A stretch of DNA of 64,000 nucleotides from Camelus ferus. Lineage: Eukaryota. The stretch is taken from assembly GCF_009834535.1 (NCBI RefSeq), contig NC_045707.1, positions 51,462,001-51,526,000 on the forward strand, given 5' to 3'. The notes under the pieces were generated by a model that was not told the DNA's origin, searched no databases, and worked only from the letters and a program-made list of their open reading frames with translations. This document shows, piece by piece, positions 13,081 through 26,740 of the stretch. The position numbers and the translations under genes were made by a program. Every line of letters starts with the position of its first letter. The first letter of the stretch is position 1.

Positions 13081-14519
13081 TCATTCTGCTAAATTCAAAT
13101 TTCCTGCACTTGAGGGTATGGAGACTTTGTCCCTATTTTTGGTCATTGCTTTTACTCAGTGCTGAAGTATTTTAAACATTGTTTTTTCTTAAAGTCGTCT
13201 GAAACAGTCAGAGGACAGAACAGTCCCCTGTTGACTTCATCTGCGTGGTTCTGTTTCTTTTCATTTGATGGAATAGTCTACTGTTTGCTACTCCCTACCA
13301 TCTCATGGAACTTTCAGTTTACCCTTTCTGCATTACTCCTATCGCATTATCTCTTTGTTCTTGTCTTTCTTTTCTCCTGCATGTCAACTTTGACTTTTCT
13401 TTTTTTCCCTTTTCTTGCCTTCCTTTTCCTGGGATGACTATTCTAAATACATGAAGACTGAGCTATTGCAAAGATACTAATATTCATTTCTGAATGATTC
13501 AGTTTACAAGGTAATTATATAAAAGTCAAATATGAAAAAAAAATCACATTACACATTACTATTCAGAGAAAATTTCTCCTTAAAACAATTTTTCAAGTGA
13601 GGGAGTGTTTTCCTCAAGTATCTGTTTTATAAAATTTAGATGATGATACATTTTGCTTCATAAAATAAAGCATATATATATGCTATTTGCTAATATATAT
13701 TCTATTGTGTATATATAATGCAAATTAGTCAATATGAAAAAAAGCAATGTTTAGCTCCTCCAAAATTTGGGATACAGAATGTAAATCCAAAGGGGATACT
13801 TTTGAAGGAAGTGATTTTTGAAAATGTTGCTGTCAACCAAAGCAAATGATGGACAGAAAGTTCTCTCAGGCAAAATCCTCAACTAGGAACTGAAAAGACC
13901 TGTTCCAGTAAAGCAGAGAAGGTTTTATCTTCTCCTTTAAAAAACTTCTCCCTAAATTTAAAAGAAAACATAGAAATTAAAGGAACACCAACCTATGGAT
14001 AACACAAAAAAATAATGGTTTTTATAAAACTAAAAGTTAGGAGGATCTTTTTCATCTTCCTGCTCAAATTGCTTTAGGAAAGTTCCTGAAATTAAACATG
14101 GCACAGATTTTCTTTTTTCCCCAATGTTTTTAAGTTTAGGGTATAATAGAATATAAAATGGACAAAGAAAATAAGTTACTTTGAGATACAAGAGAGTTAA
14201 AAAAAAAAACCTTTTAAAGGCTAAATGAGTTTCTATGTATTTATGTTTTCAATCAATATTTGTTTAATGAATCACTAAATAATGAAGGCGTCCTCATTAA
14301 GGAATCAGTTGTTCAGTGATATATTTGAAGAATTGTGTATGTAATGATAATAATAAACCAAATTGTAGTCTGAAATGTACATATATTTAGAAAGATTTCA
14401 CTGTGGATAGATTATCCAAACTGACTTTTACAGAGTGTAATGATGTAAATGGAAGGACAAAATTTCTTTTCATAAGAATTTCAGGTTTGAGGACATCATT
14501 GAGAGTTGTTGGAGAAAGT

Positions 14520-14870
14520 CTGTTTCATTTATTTATTCTACATGTATTTAAGAAGTGCCTGGTATATACCAGACACTATCTTGATAGTGGGATACACAGT
14601 TGGAAAGATAAGGACTCAGTGTGAAAGAACCCCAGGTGTAGAGAGCAGACACCCAGGTAACTGGTGTATAGTAAGTGCCATAATAGAGGTATGCCCATGA
14701 AGTTATATAGAGTTAGAGAAGGGGATACTTAATTACTTGATTTTGTTACAGTTTCAGAGAGGAAGTAATACTGGGTTTAAAGCTTGAAAGATAGTGGGAG
14801 TTGTCAGGTGGAGAAGTAAACTGACATTCAAAGACTAGGAAAGAAAAGCAGCTCAAAACGGCCGTGACTT
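14520..14870 (-). mobile_element. L2 3' fragment
   Basis: ttcatttatttattc...tatttaagaagtgcct...gtaagtgccataatagaggtatg...cttgaaagatag. Confidence 0.6.
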
Positions 14871-15559
14871 GAATGAGAAAGGTTAAATTGTACAGGTGAT
14901 TAAAGCTGTGATTAAATAATTTTAAAATGGTTTTCCTTTCATAGCTAGAGAATCTAATAATCTAGACAGCAACATGGATCTATAAAAGAGCAGGTACTCA
15001 TATGGTCTATAATAGTTTGTTAAATTACCTCTGCTTTTCTGATTTAACATTTTCTTTTAAGTAGAAAAAATACGTATACTATCAAAATATAAGTATAGGT
15101 ACTATGAATAAAACTAAAAATATAAGTATAGGTACTATACATATTAGTTTTATAAATGAAGTATGTGTAATGTGGATTATTTTAGAAAGTACCTGAAAAG
15201 CACTGTGATTTTTCAAAAAGTGTTTTTCCTACAGTAGGTATTCTTTGATTAATGCCTGTGTCCTTTCCTTAATTCTCCTACACTTTTCTTTTCTGCTAAA
15301 TGCCAGGCATTGTATCAGAAGATATGGATTCACTCTTTAGTAATTAGATTTATTTTAAATATTATAGTCAAACTTCCATATCCAATGAAGTTTATCTTTG
15401 GTAATCTATATACTTTATAAAAAATGTTGCTATTTCCAAAATTATTTTGTATTTTTTTTGGAGGGAACATTACCAGTCAAAGCAGGTTATAAGCTGGGCA
15501 AACAAATTAGTTTTCATTACTTTAGATTTATTCCTGACCCAGACTCTAATGTTTAGCCT

Positions 15560-15853
15560 GATCATCAAATTTATTCCTAACGCTTGCCTCTGGTTGATTC
15601 TGAGATGTTTTCAAAATTAAATCAGCTCTCAAGGGACAAATATTTTTCACCATTATGGATATTTAAATACTGTGCTGTGGGCACAGAGGGCAATTCCCAA
15701 AGAGGAGCTACCTAAATATTTTGAGTAATAACATCTATGTTAGAAAATAAGTAGCCTCCTTAAATGAATACTTCAAAAAATTACTAATATAAATGTCCAA
15801 GTATTGACATGCTTATTAAAATTTATCACATTTCTTTGGAATCAGACTCTGTA
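15560..15853 (+). mobile_element. MARNA (TcMar-Mariner) 3' fragment
   Basis: tgttttcaaaattaaatcagctctcaagggacaaatatttttcaccattatggatattt...gcaattcccaaagaggag matches the mariner transposase C-terminal relic of MARNA. Confidence 0.7.
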
Positions 15854-16869
15854 ATCAGGAAGCATTTCAATTCAGTAATATTTCTTTCAAACATTTTGCC
15901 TGAATTGAAAATAAATATCTATTATGAGGCTGCTTTACTATAAAAAGCTAAGTCCCAACATGTTAAAAATTGTGCTTGATTTTTATAAAATATAATACGT
16001 ACTAGTTTATAAAATATTAAATTTAAGAGGGTAGCAGAACTCTTTGTTCTAGATTTTGAAGTCCTTACATCTTATGATTCAGCATATTCCTGAGTGACAT
16101 TCCGACAAACTAATCTCTTTAAGATCATGATAATAGATTCCCGATATTAGTGATAATTATTTTCATTAATTAAGTTGTGCTTGGCAAGTCAGTTGTTATT
16201 ATGTCAATTTCTTCACATTTCTACAATGATAGAATTAAAATTCTAGTGTAATATGAAAAATCAAATAACTTAAGCTTCTACTACAAGGTTAATTTGATTG
16301 TATGGCGAAGATCACTTCCATTGATAAAAGCCAAAAGACACAGTCTTCTTATGTCAGGTTTGAATTATAATAATTTCAGTTGTTTTTTGTTAAATAAATA
16401 TTAAGTTCCAGAATTCACTCACTTCTGCTCTTATTTAAAGGAATATACATCTTTGAAATTCTCTTATCAAAGCAAGCACATCAAAAGAATCTTAGAAAAG
16501 CCATCGATATGTCTAATAAAATAGAGAGTATGATAATAAACAAAGTCAAGAGGAAATTTTTATCACAAGAACGTAAAAAAAAACTCTCCTATGTGTCATT
16601 GATGTTTGCTGAAGTGTGACACATAACTGAAATATACAGGAGAAGGACCAATCTTATTAAAAATATATTCAATAGAATAAATGGAGGTAGCAATGCTTAT
16701 GTGCCAAGAATTCTATTCTATAGAAAATACCAAATTTGAAAGTGATAGTTAGGCTAACATCATATAGAGGGTGTAAATGAAACTACAAAGGGAGATATCA
16801 CAAACTTATTAAATGATGGTTTGGCAGTGAACTTTCAACTAGTCAGAAAAATGAGATACCTCATCCTAC

Positions 16870-17085
16870 TTAAAACACTAATGATGAATTTCTCATTTGC
16901 CCTGCTGAATATTTCAGTGATGTGGTGAGCAAAGCATTCAGGGAAATTGCTACATTGGACCTAATTTTTGTCACCATGAGAAAACTAATTTGCAATAGAT
17001 GAAAAAATACTAATAGAAAATGATATTGTGATTTTAGAGTCCAAAATAATCAAAGTATAATGGACATATCAGTCATGAGTCTTAT
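16870..17085 (+). mobile_element. L3/CR1 LINE endonuclease-region fragment
   Basis: gggaaattgctacattggacctaattttt and gaaaatgatattgtgattttagagt correspond to the CR1 ORF2 LDLI and SDH motifs, heavily decayed. Confidence 0.55.
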
Positions 17086-19409
17086 ATCACTGACTCCCAC
17101 ACAAGATCATTCCTCTAATCACTTGGAAGCTCAGTCTTCTCTTCAGAATGACTGAAATCAGAATCTGCAAATGGAGAAAAGGAATCTGTATTTCCAGGGT
17201 TCCCACAGACAATCCTGTTGGGGAATTAGGTTTTCCAGATAATTTCGCTGGGAACTGCAAAACTGTAGGCATTTGTCTTCCAGATTGAAATAATTTACCT
17301 GTAAGCATCAGTGCCCCAGCTCTGCTCAACTTTCTGGGAGTTGCTCTGTTTCTTTAGATGTAGAAAGTGTTGCATTGAAAAGGGAATTACAGATCAACCT
17401 TTTGGATATCTAAAAAATAGCACTCATACCAAAAAGAGGTAGCTTCCCAATATTCTGCAGACTTTGGTTTTTAGTTTGTTGTTTTGTTTTGTTTTTAGTG
17501 CAAGTGGCAAACAATGGAGAAGAAAATAAATCTCTCCTTACTACTCAAGAAATCGGACAAGTGTAGCCTATCCTAGAAGTTTATCTGCTATACTGCAATG
17601 CAGTTCTCTCAGGCTTTTACCTAGAGGAAATCCTTTCCACGTCTGGCAATTGGCTGACTGTCAGTCATAGTGTTCTGCATTGGGAATTTTTTAAAATTCT
17701 GCCTTTTATGTGTATATTAGTGGGAGTTGGAAGAGGATGCATCAGGGACTACCAGCCTGATCTTATTTTAATCCTAACTTCTGCCTCATTGATTCTTTGT
17801 GACAGATACAATTGTTTCTCTTCCATTGTCCTCTGTCTTGAGATGCCCTGCTGACCAAGTGAGGAATTGAAAAAGAAAGGAACAGAACTGTAAATATTCT
17901 ATGTGTTTTTGTAAATGTTGGTCCTCTAATAAATGTAAAATAAGATCTTACCAACTGCACTTTAGAGAACTTAGTTAAATGAGGTCAACAAATACAATTG
18001 ACCTTCATAGTCAACATCTAATAAGTTTACATTTTGCATTGTTGACTTAATCTCTACTTACATTATTTCATTTGAAGACACTGATGAGCCCCTTTTATTA
18101 CCTCTCTGCAAAGCAGATATGATGATACCTGGATCCACAGAAGTTCATTAACTTGCCCAAATCTACACTGTGAACAACTCCATGTCTATGTTTACTTTCC
18201 CAGAGAAGATTCTTCCTTGATATTTGAGAATAAATGAATCAAATACTCCCTGCATGAATAAGATATAATTTGATCACAATAAGCATATACGTTTCTTTAT
18301 TGAGTTTTAAACAAAAGTAAAACTCAGCCAAGTTTTAAGAGTATAAAGTTTTACAAATTAAACAGTAGTTTCTTGAAACTTGGGTAAATTCATTCTGTCA
18401 AGATTTTTTGAGGTCTTAGAATGTCACTACAGAAAGAATGTATCTTGTTCCCGTCTGCTGACATTGGATGCATGTCTTTAGGGAAAAAGCAGATGACTGC
18501 AGACTATATAGATTGCGAATTTAATAGTAAGTCAGCTTGAGTACTAAATTTCAGTGTATTGAATGTGAATGACTGCATCATTCCTTTGTCAAAGTTTTAT
18601 TTACGCAGAGTGGTATGCACAGTAATTCTTCACCTATAATGGAGATAGTTTCACGAATTTTCTTCCGATGAAAAGGATGACAACATTTAAATACTTAATA
18701 TGTTAGTGCAGTTGCTTAAAACTCATGTCAAATATTGATGAGTTTCAAAGAAAGAAAAATTTTACTTCTTATTTTCCATTCTGTTAAATTAAAAAAAGGA
18801 CTGGATTTAAGAGATCTGAACTCTTAATACATACAACTTTGCTATTTAACTCATTTTCTTTTCTTGGTCTTGCTTTTCCTTGCTTCCTTCTCCATAAAGT
18901 TGGGGGGTGAGGTTGGAGGTTACAGAGAATTAGCACACTGATATTTACACTCTACTCCCATTACGTACTGTTGGCATGTGACATGAACAAGTGTTCTGTT
19001 GCTAATATCAAATCATAGGAATTTTTATCCAGTTTACAGGAAGTGAGGGGAAAAGTTAAGATTGGGATATTTTTCTCACTGTAAAGCTTTCTCCCATAAA
19101 ATTTTTCTTAATCCTTTAAAATCTAATACTTCCTCTCTACTAATGAAGCCCAGCAGGTGATAAAATTAATGGGCAAATAGTAAATTGATATTAATTTGAA
19201 CTGTAGAAAAGGGAAACACTAGAGAGCTCATTGTAACCTTATGCATGTCAATTCCTAGATTGTAGTAAACTCCACAAGGAAAGATACTATTATATTAGTC
19301 ACAATAATATTAGCACCACCCTATTAAATACTACAGAATAGAGAATAGTGACATAAATTGACTTATTGAGTTACTAACTTTATATTGCATACAAGTAAGA
19401 TAGCAGAGT

Positions 19410-20345
19410 CTCAGCTTCTGGTTCTATACATAAGGAGTTTGGAAGTGGCCACTCTGTCCTAACAAGTAAAAAGCTGAATAGACTGAAAAAGCAACAACTC
19501 TTCTTGGATTCATAAGAGTGGGGAGGACACAGGAGAAACTGCTACCCCGAAGACTGGAGATTCAGACAGGCGAATACAAGGATGCCTAGCCTACTGGAGG
19601 AGAGAATCACAAACAGAAACCACTATGGGTACCAATGCCTGGATAGAAAAGCCTGAACAGTAGTTGGCAAATTGCTGGAGGCTCAGTGTGGACAACTCTG
19701 AAAGTTAAAAACTTCTGAGGGACCAAGTCATCAAGGGGCCCCTAAGACCTAACTATATATTGTCTATAAAAACCCACTTTAATTATGAAGACACATATAG
19801 ATTAAAAGTAAATAGAAGGAGAAAAATATACTTTGCTAACAATAACCAAAAGAAGCAGAAGTAACTGTCTTAATTTTAGACAGAGCAAAATTCAAAACAA
19901 GAAAATTTATTAGGGATAAAGAAATGCATTACATAATGATAAAGGAGTCAATTCATGTGCCCCCACCCCCAAAGCATCAAACAATATGAGGCAAAAACTG
20001 ATAGAACTGCAAGGAAAATATATGACTTCACTATCATAGCTGGAGAATTTATCACCACTCTGTCAGAAATGGACAGATCCAACAGGCAGAAAATCTGATG
20101 GAAATAGTTGAACTCAAGAATACCATCAATCCGCTGGATATAATTGACATCTATAAATGACATCATCCAACAAGAGCAGAATACACATTCTCAAGCTCAC
20201 ATGGAACAGTCACCAAGCTAGGAAACATTTGGAACCATAAAACAAATATTAACAAATTTGAAAGAATAGAAACATACTATATCTGCTCTCAGACCATGGT
20301 GGAATTGAATTAGATCTCTATAAAGATATCTGGAAAATCCCCCAA
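19410..20345 (+). mobile_element. Old L1M: 5'-end-like segment joined to ORF2 endonuclease region
   Basis: agacctaactatatattgtctata...acacatatagattaaaagtaaat...agaatacacattc...ctctcagacca is L1 EN coding relic; 19410-19740 resembles an L1M 5' end. Confidence 0.8.
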
Positions 20346-20347
20346 TA

Positions 20348-20529
20348 CAGCCATACCTCGGAAGTATTCTTGTTCAGCTTCTCAGACCACTGTAATTAAG
20401 CTACTATTAGAATAAAGTGATTCACATGTTTTTTTGTTTCCCAGAGCATATGAAAGTTATGTTTACACTACACTATAGTCTACTATATGTGTAACAGTAT
20501 TATGTCTGAAAAAACAATGTGTATACTTT

Positions 20530-20560
<31 letters not shown>

Positions 20561-21866
20561 GAGGAGGTCCTGGGAATTGAGCCCAGGACCTTGTGCATGC
20601 TAGGCATGTGCTCTACCACTGAGCTATACCCTCCCCACCATGCAATGTTGTTTGACAGCATTTTACCCACAGTAGAACTTCTTACAGACAAGAGTCAGTC
20701 TTCTGAAACCCTGCTGCTGCTTTATCAACTAAGTCTGTGTAATATTCCAGATCCCTTGTTGTTATTTCAACAATATTCACAGCATCTTCACCAGGAGTAG
20801 ATTCTACTTCAAGACACGCCTTTCTTTGTTTATCCAAAAGAAGACCCTCCGATCTATTCAAGTTTATCATGAGATTGCAGCAAGTCAGTCACATCTTCAG
20901 GTTCTACTTCCGATTGTAGTTCTCTTGCTATTTCCACCACATCTGCAGTTACTTCCTCCACTGAAGTCTTGAGCTCCTCTAAATCGTCTATGAGGATTGG
21001 AAGCAACGTCTTCCAAACTCCTATTAATGTTGACATTTTGATTTATTCCCATGAATTATAAATGTTCTTAATGGCATCTAGAACGGTGACTCCTTTCCAG
21101 AAGATTTTCAGTTGACTTTGCCCAGACCCATCAGAGGAATCACTGTCTATAACTATAGCCTTACAAAATGTATTTCTTAAACGATGAGATTTGAAAATCA
21201 GAATTACTCCTTGATGCATTAGCTGCAGAATGGACATTAGCAGGCATGAAAACAACATTAACCTTGCTGTACAGCTCCATCAGAGCTCTTAGGTGACCAG
21301 GTGTGATGTAAATGAGCAGTAATACTTTAAAAGAAATCTTTTTTTTTTTTTTCTGAGCAGTAGATCTCAACAGAGGATCTAAAATATACAGTAAACAATA
21401 TTTTAAGCCAATGTACTGTTATCCAGGCTTTGCTGTTCCATTTATAGAGCAAGGCAGAATCAATTTAGCATAATGTTGAAGGGCCCTAGGGTATTTGAAA
21501 TGATAAATAAGCATTGGCTTCCACTTAAAGTTACCAGCTATGTTAGTTCTTAAGAGAGTCAGCCTATCCTTTGAAGCTTTGAAGCAAGTCACTGACTTCT
21601 TTCCAGCTATGAAAATAATAGTTGTCATCTTCTTCCAATAGAAGCTTATTTCATCTACATTGAAAATCTGTAGTGTAGCCACCCTCATTACTTATCTTAG
21701 CTAGATCTTCTGGAGAACTTACTGCAGCTTCTATATCAGCACTTGCTGCTTCACCTTGCACTTTTATGTTATGAAGACAACTTCTTTCCTTAAACTTCAT
21801 GAACCAACCTCTGCTTGTTTCAAACTTTCCTTCAGAAGCTTCCTCACCTCTCTCAACCTTCATAGA
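20348..21866 (-). mobile_element. Tigger1 (pogo-like DNA transposon) 3' part with decayed transposase
   Basis: TA|CAGCCATACCTCG terminal repeat; minus-strand ORF pieces [36 protein letters not shown] and [28 protein letters not shown] are TIGD1/Tigger1-like DDE transposase with frameshifts. Confidence 0.95.
20527..20636 (-). mobile_element. tRNA-Ala-derived camelid SINE (Vic-1 type)
   Basis: Reverse complement GGGGAGGGTATAGCTCAGTGGTAGAGCACATGCCTAGCATGCACAAGGTCCTGGGCTCAATTCCCAGGACCTCC plus (TAAA)n tail; A and B boxes present. Confidence 0.9.
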
Positions 21867-22560
21867 GAAAACTATAGACCAAGATCTCTCATAAATATAG
21901 ATCCAAAAAGTCTTCAACAAAATTTTAGCAAATCAAATTCAACAATGTATAAAAAGATCTGTATACCATGATTAAGTGGGATTTATTCCAGGTATATCAG
22001 ACCAGTTCAACATATAAAATTAATTACTGTCATCCATAGCATCAACAGGCTAAAAAGGAAATATCACATGATTGTATCAGTAGATACACCATTTTATTTA
22101 TAGTGTCCAAAAAGTAGAAACCACCTAAATGTTCATCAATTAATGAATACATAAAATGAACACATAAACAAAATTTAATATGCTCATACAATGGAATGTT
22201 ATTAAGCAATAAAATTAATAAACTACTGATACAAGGTACAACATGAATGGACCTTAGAACATTTGCTGAAAAAACAGTCACAAATATTCATATATTGTAT
22301 TGTATGATTCTATTTATATGAAATGTCCATATTAAGCCATTCTATAGAGACCAACATTAAATTAGAAGTTACTTTAGAATGGGAGAAATGGGTGGGGGTA
22401 GGGAGAGTGGCTGCTGATGGATATGAAGTTTCTTTTGAGGACTGATGAAAATGTCCTAAAATTAGATCATGGTGTTGGTTACACAACTTTGTAAATACAC
22501 TAAAAACAATTTTAAATGTGTGAGTTGAACAGTATGTTAATTATACTGTTGGAAAAAAAA
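21867..22560 (+). mobile_element. Old L1M: ORF2 RT fragment followed by 3' UTR
   Basis: aaaactatagaccaagatctctcataaatatagat...aagtgggatttattccagg; then aaccacctaaatgttcatcaa...gatgaaaatgtcctaaaattagatcatggtg. Confidence 0.85.
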
Positions 22561-22739
22561 GGTATAAAATCTTCGGTTGGTCCTGCTGAGTGATGAGTTA
22601 GATAATTATTTCAAATTCTTAAAAAAAATGAGTTCTACCATCCATCCAAGTTGTAGAATATCAAGTATTATTCAGGAGTTCCTGAAACATGCTGGGTAAA
22701 AACAAAACAAAACAAAACATAAATTAAAAAAAAAATGGC

Positions 22740-23050
22740 AGTCAGATAGGCAGGATACCACTCACAAAGAAGGTAAGATTCCAGAATACAAAGTGCAAAA
22801 GGAAAGTAATAATGAACCTAGAATTCTGAACTAACCAAGCTGTCATTTAAAAATAAAGGCAAAATAAATGCATTTTCAGGCATAGAAGGACTTAAATGTT
22901 TCCTACTCATAAAATTTTCCCTGAAGAATTACAAAAGGATAATATATATTCTCAAAAGTAATCTGGAGAAAAGAAGCTACATTAATAAAGCAACACTGAA
23001 CCAAAATATTGGTAGATAATGCTGATAAAAATAAGCAATGAGTCAAAAAT
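22740..23050 (+). mobile_element. L1ME ORF1-end fragment
   Basis: aacctagaattctgaactaaccaagctgtcatttaaaaataaaggcaaaataaatgcattttcagg resembles the ORF1 PRILYPAKLSF region. Confidence 0.6.
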
Positions 23051-23802
23051 AATAGTCCCAGGAACAGAATAATGAGAAAAACATGTCTATCACTGTAGGT
23101 ATGTACATTTGAAAGAAGCTGAAAGAAGTAATAGATAATAATGAGGAAGTTGTGAGATGAAAGAGATGGAAGAGATGGAAGAGAAGTTAGAGTATACTGC
23201 TTTCATTCTTTTATTGAGAAGGAAAATGGCCATGTTTTTAGACTTTTAAAATCTGAATTAAATATTGCTGTTAAGTTTAATAGACTTTTCCAGTAATGAC
23301 AAATAATTCATAAGAACCCTATCATTGAACACAACTAGAAGAATCAGAAAAAATGTGAAAGCAACAACAACAAATTAAAAAAAAAAAACTCCTTGCATAT
23401 GGTAACAAATTACTGGATAAAGAAGACAGAAATCCAGAGTGTAGGGTCCTATATTTCTTCTGTGGAGGCATTTACTGATTCCAGGAAGAGGCAGCCAAAA
23501 GTCTAAGAGACTGAACTCCTCATTTAGCAACCTATTGGGCTAGAAGGATAAAATTCAATGATCAGGTTTCAAGACAAAATTCAGAGACACATGTTTTCTC
23601 CTCTAGACCCTGACAGGCTATAGTCTAGCAACAAAGGAGAAAAAGGTGAAGGTAGACTCTTGTGGGAACTTTAGCAACTTGTGGAACTGCAGCCAAACTG
23701 TGTTATAAAAGGGACATTTGCTAAAAGAAATAAAAGCTGAACTGTGAAGTCTCCATTTTAAGAATATAGGGACTCTGTTTAGGGAAATATATTTTAGAGT
23801 GC

Positions 23803-24035
23803 TGTTTTTCAATTTCTTAGACTACAACCCCACAATAAATGTTACATTTTTCATTACAATCCAGTAGCACACACACATAAACCTTAAATTGACTTATGAT
23901 TCATGAAACATGATTTACACCTACTATGTATGTTATATTCTTACACCCTTTGTTTTTTCTAATTTTTTAATGCAGACAACTAAATTAGTTTTAGAACCAA
24001 CTGCTGATTTACAACCCACAGATTTAAAAACACTA
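23803..24035. mobile_element. hAT-Charlie MITE
   Basis: Termini ctgtttttcaa and tttaaaaacacta with internal acaacccacag. Confidence 0.45.
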
Positions 24036-24475
24036 CAGCAAATAATTTCTCACCCATGAGTATTAGAAAAGAGGCATCAATAAAGATAGTTATAGAAAAA
24101 TATTTATGAATTAGGAACAAGTTAAATTGCATCAATATAGAAATGAGCTACATACTTTAAATATGTGCATTTTATTATACATGTTATACCAAAAGTGATT
24201 CAAATATGGAATAAAAGTGAGAAAAAACTATATAAGTAAAATATAGTTTTGAATGATAAAATATATTTTCCAAACTTGTAAGCCAATGTATTTGAAAATT
24301 TCAAAAAGTGGGTAAATTCTAGAAATACATAAATAGTATTAAAAAGAAGTACACAAGTATTAAAAAGAATATTTTTAATGAACCAAATCTTCCTGAGATT
24401 TAAAAGAATATTAATAATTCTAATAAAAACACATGCACTTGTCCTTGGTTTGGGTGTTCTTTGCATGAGGTACTA

Positions 24476-24477
24476 TC

Positions 24478-24523
<46 letters not shown>

Positions 24524-24546
24524 CATCTATCCATCCATTTATCTAT
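24476..24546. repeat. Compound (TCTG)n(TCTA)n(TCCA)n microsatellite
   Basis: Direct reading. Confidence 0.95.
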
Positions 24547-24599
24547 CATGTGTCTAATCCCTTGAAAAAAGATTATGAGAGTGAGAGGGGAGAGAGGGC

Positions 24600-26390
24600 T
24601 ATTCAGCTGTTCAATACTTTTTATTAATCTATAATATTATTGATACCAAAGCAGTGTAGAAAGTGAACAGTATAATACAGTTAAAATGAAATAAATTGCT
24701 AATGGCTAGTGAGCAAATTGGAATATCAAATTAACTATGTATTTAAATATATGCATATATATTTCATGATCAGATTGGTTTTATCCAAAGATGATTCGAA
24801 TATGATTCAAAATAAGAAACTATCATGTAGTGCACTGTGTTAATGGACTAAAGGAGAAAATTTAACTATTATCTCTGTTTTCAGAGGCGGCTTTTGATTA
24901 AGTTCAGTGCTCATTTATTATAGATGTTGGACGAGAATGTAAATTCCTTAACTAAGTGTCAACACACCAAAAGGCACACAGAAAACACATTCTCGAAATA
25001 CTGTTATTAGATAACTTCTTACTAAAGTAGTAAGTCTGTCTTCTTAAACATAGTCTTAGGAGAGCTACCCAATGTGGTAAGAGTTGAAAATTTTGAGTTT
25101 ATTAGGAAGATAAGGGAAAAATAATTTCAGTTTTGGTAGATAATGTAACTGTCAACAGGGAGAAGCACCACAATTAATTGCAAAGTTATTAGAAATAATT
25201 ATATACTTCAGCAGTGTTTTCAGAAAAAGATAAAACTACAAAATTTAAAGTCATTTTCAATATCAGTGATAACAAACAAAAATAAATGTACAATTCACAA
25301 TATCCAAGACATAACACAAAATAGAAAGTACTCAAACAATGCTTGAAAAAATATAATGCACAAAAATCTGTAGAGAATTGTTAAATTCTAACAGAAGACA
25401 TAAAAATATATGGGATGAATGGGAAGACATACCATGTTCATTGTTGAATCACTGAATATTGTGAATATAATAATTCTCCAAAACTGAATTTATAAATTCA
25501 ATAAATGCTGTAAAAATTCTGGCAAGATTTTGACATTAGAATAAATATTCCAATAGAAGAATCATGCTAATAAAAATCTGGAAAATATGAAGGATGAAGA
25601 TTACTCTTATGAGATGTTAAGAGAGACTGAAAATTAAAAAATAAAAATTGATAAACTAATGGAATAAAATACAGAATTCAGAAACAAACCCATGCACAGG
25701 TGAGAATTTGATATAAGATATATACATATAAATTATTTTCTAACATAAGTAAGTTAGAAAATAATAGACTATTAAGTAAATATTATTTTTATAAAAGAGG
25801 AGAAACTAAATTGGAGATTTAATTAACATGGTATTCAAAAATTAACTCCAAATGGATAAAAGTCCGAAGTTAAGAAGAATAGTAAGATTAAGGAAGAAAA
25901 TACAGAATACTTCTGTTACTTTGTAGATGGTAAGATTCTTTTAAATAATACTCCATTATTTATTAATTATCCATTATAAGATATTTGAAAAAAAAATAAT
26001 AATAAACCTAAGGATTTCTGACCAATAAAGTAATAAAGATATTATAAGGTGACAGATTGAACATATATTACTGATGGATTAACACCTAAATTTTTAAAGG
26101 AATGTCTAGAAGTCAATAAGGAAAAACCGGATAAATATTGTTGATAAGCAAGTAATAGAATGGGAAACCTGAATAGAAAATTATAAAAGAAGTGCTCAAG
26201 CTCTAAGATAAATTTAAAAAAAAAAACTAAGAAATGAGAAACATCTTTACTCCCATCAGACTTGGAAAAAAATAAAATTGAAAATGACATCAGTAGGTGG
26301 TATGATTACAAGAGAATAAGAACCCTTGTTATTTTTCTAGTGAGGGAGTTTAGTGACCAAACCATTCGGAAAGCAGTCTGGCAAAACCTA
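24600..26390 (+). mobile_element. Highly decayed L1ME ORF2
   Basis: gatcagattggttttatcc; gaatgggaagacataccatgttc; aattaactccaaatggataaaag; tttactcccatcagacttgg. Confidence 0.75.
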
Positions 26391-26531
26391 ATGCCAGTAA
26401 TCAGTCACAGTACTTTAAATATCCAGAAAAGCCACTCCTGTTTAACACCTGGTAGTAATTTGGGCTGGTGCACTAGAAGGCACTTTTTTGGGGAAAGCTC
26501 ATCATTCTGGTGGCTAGGAAGTAGCAACAGG

Positions 26532-26740
26532 TGTGATAGCATTATCTGTTTATTTTCCTTCCCTCCCTAACCTCAACACAGCCTTCCTGGGGTCAAAGTA
26601 TACTCCCCTGCACCACTGACTTTGCTTGAGCTCTGCAGAGATTTAATTGCTCTGCATATCCATATGCAGGAAATGTGTTGTAAATCACTGAGATTTTGTT
26701 TATTCTACAGCGTTACTGAAGAACAACCTCACTTAATACA
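26532..26740 (+). mobile_element. Old MLT1-type LTR fragment
   Basis: TG start; aaatgtgttgtaaatcactgagattttg...cttaataca end. Confidence 0.45.

Noticed and set aside
20563..20636. tRNA-Ala gene
   Set aside because: Has a (TAAA)n tail and an altered B box and lies inside a transposon; it is a SINE
20682..21920. Domesticated TIGD1-like gene
   Set aside because: Multiple frameshifts and stops, missing N-terminus, and interrupted by a SINE-associated deletion
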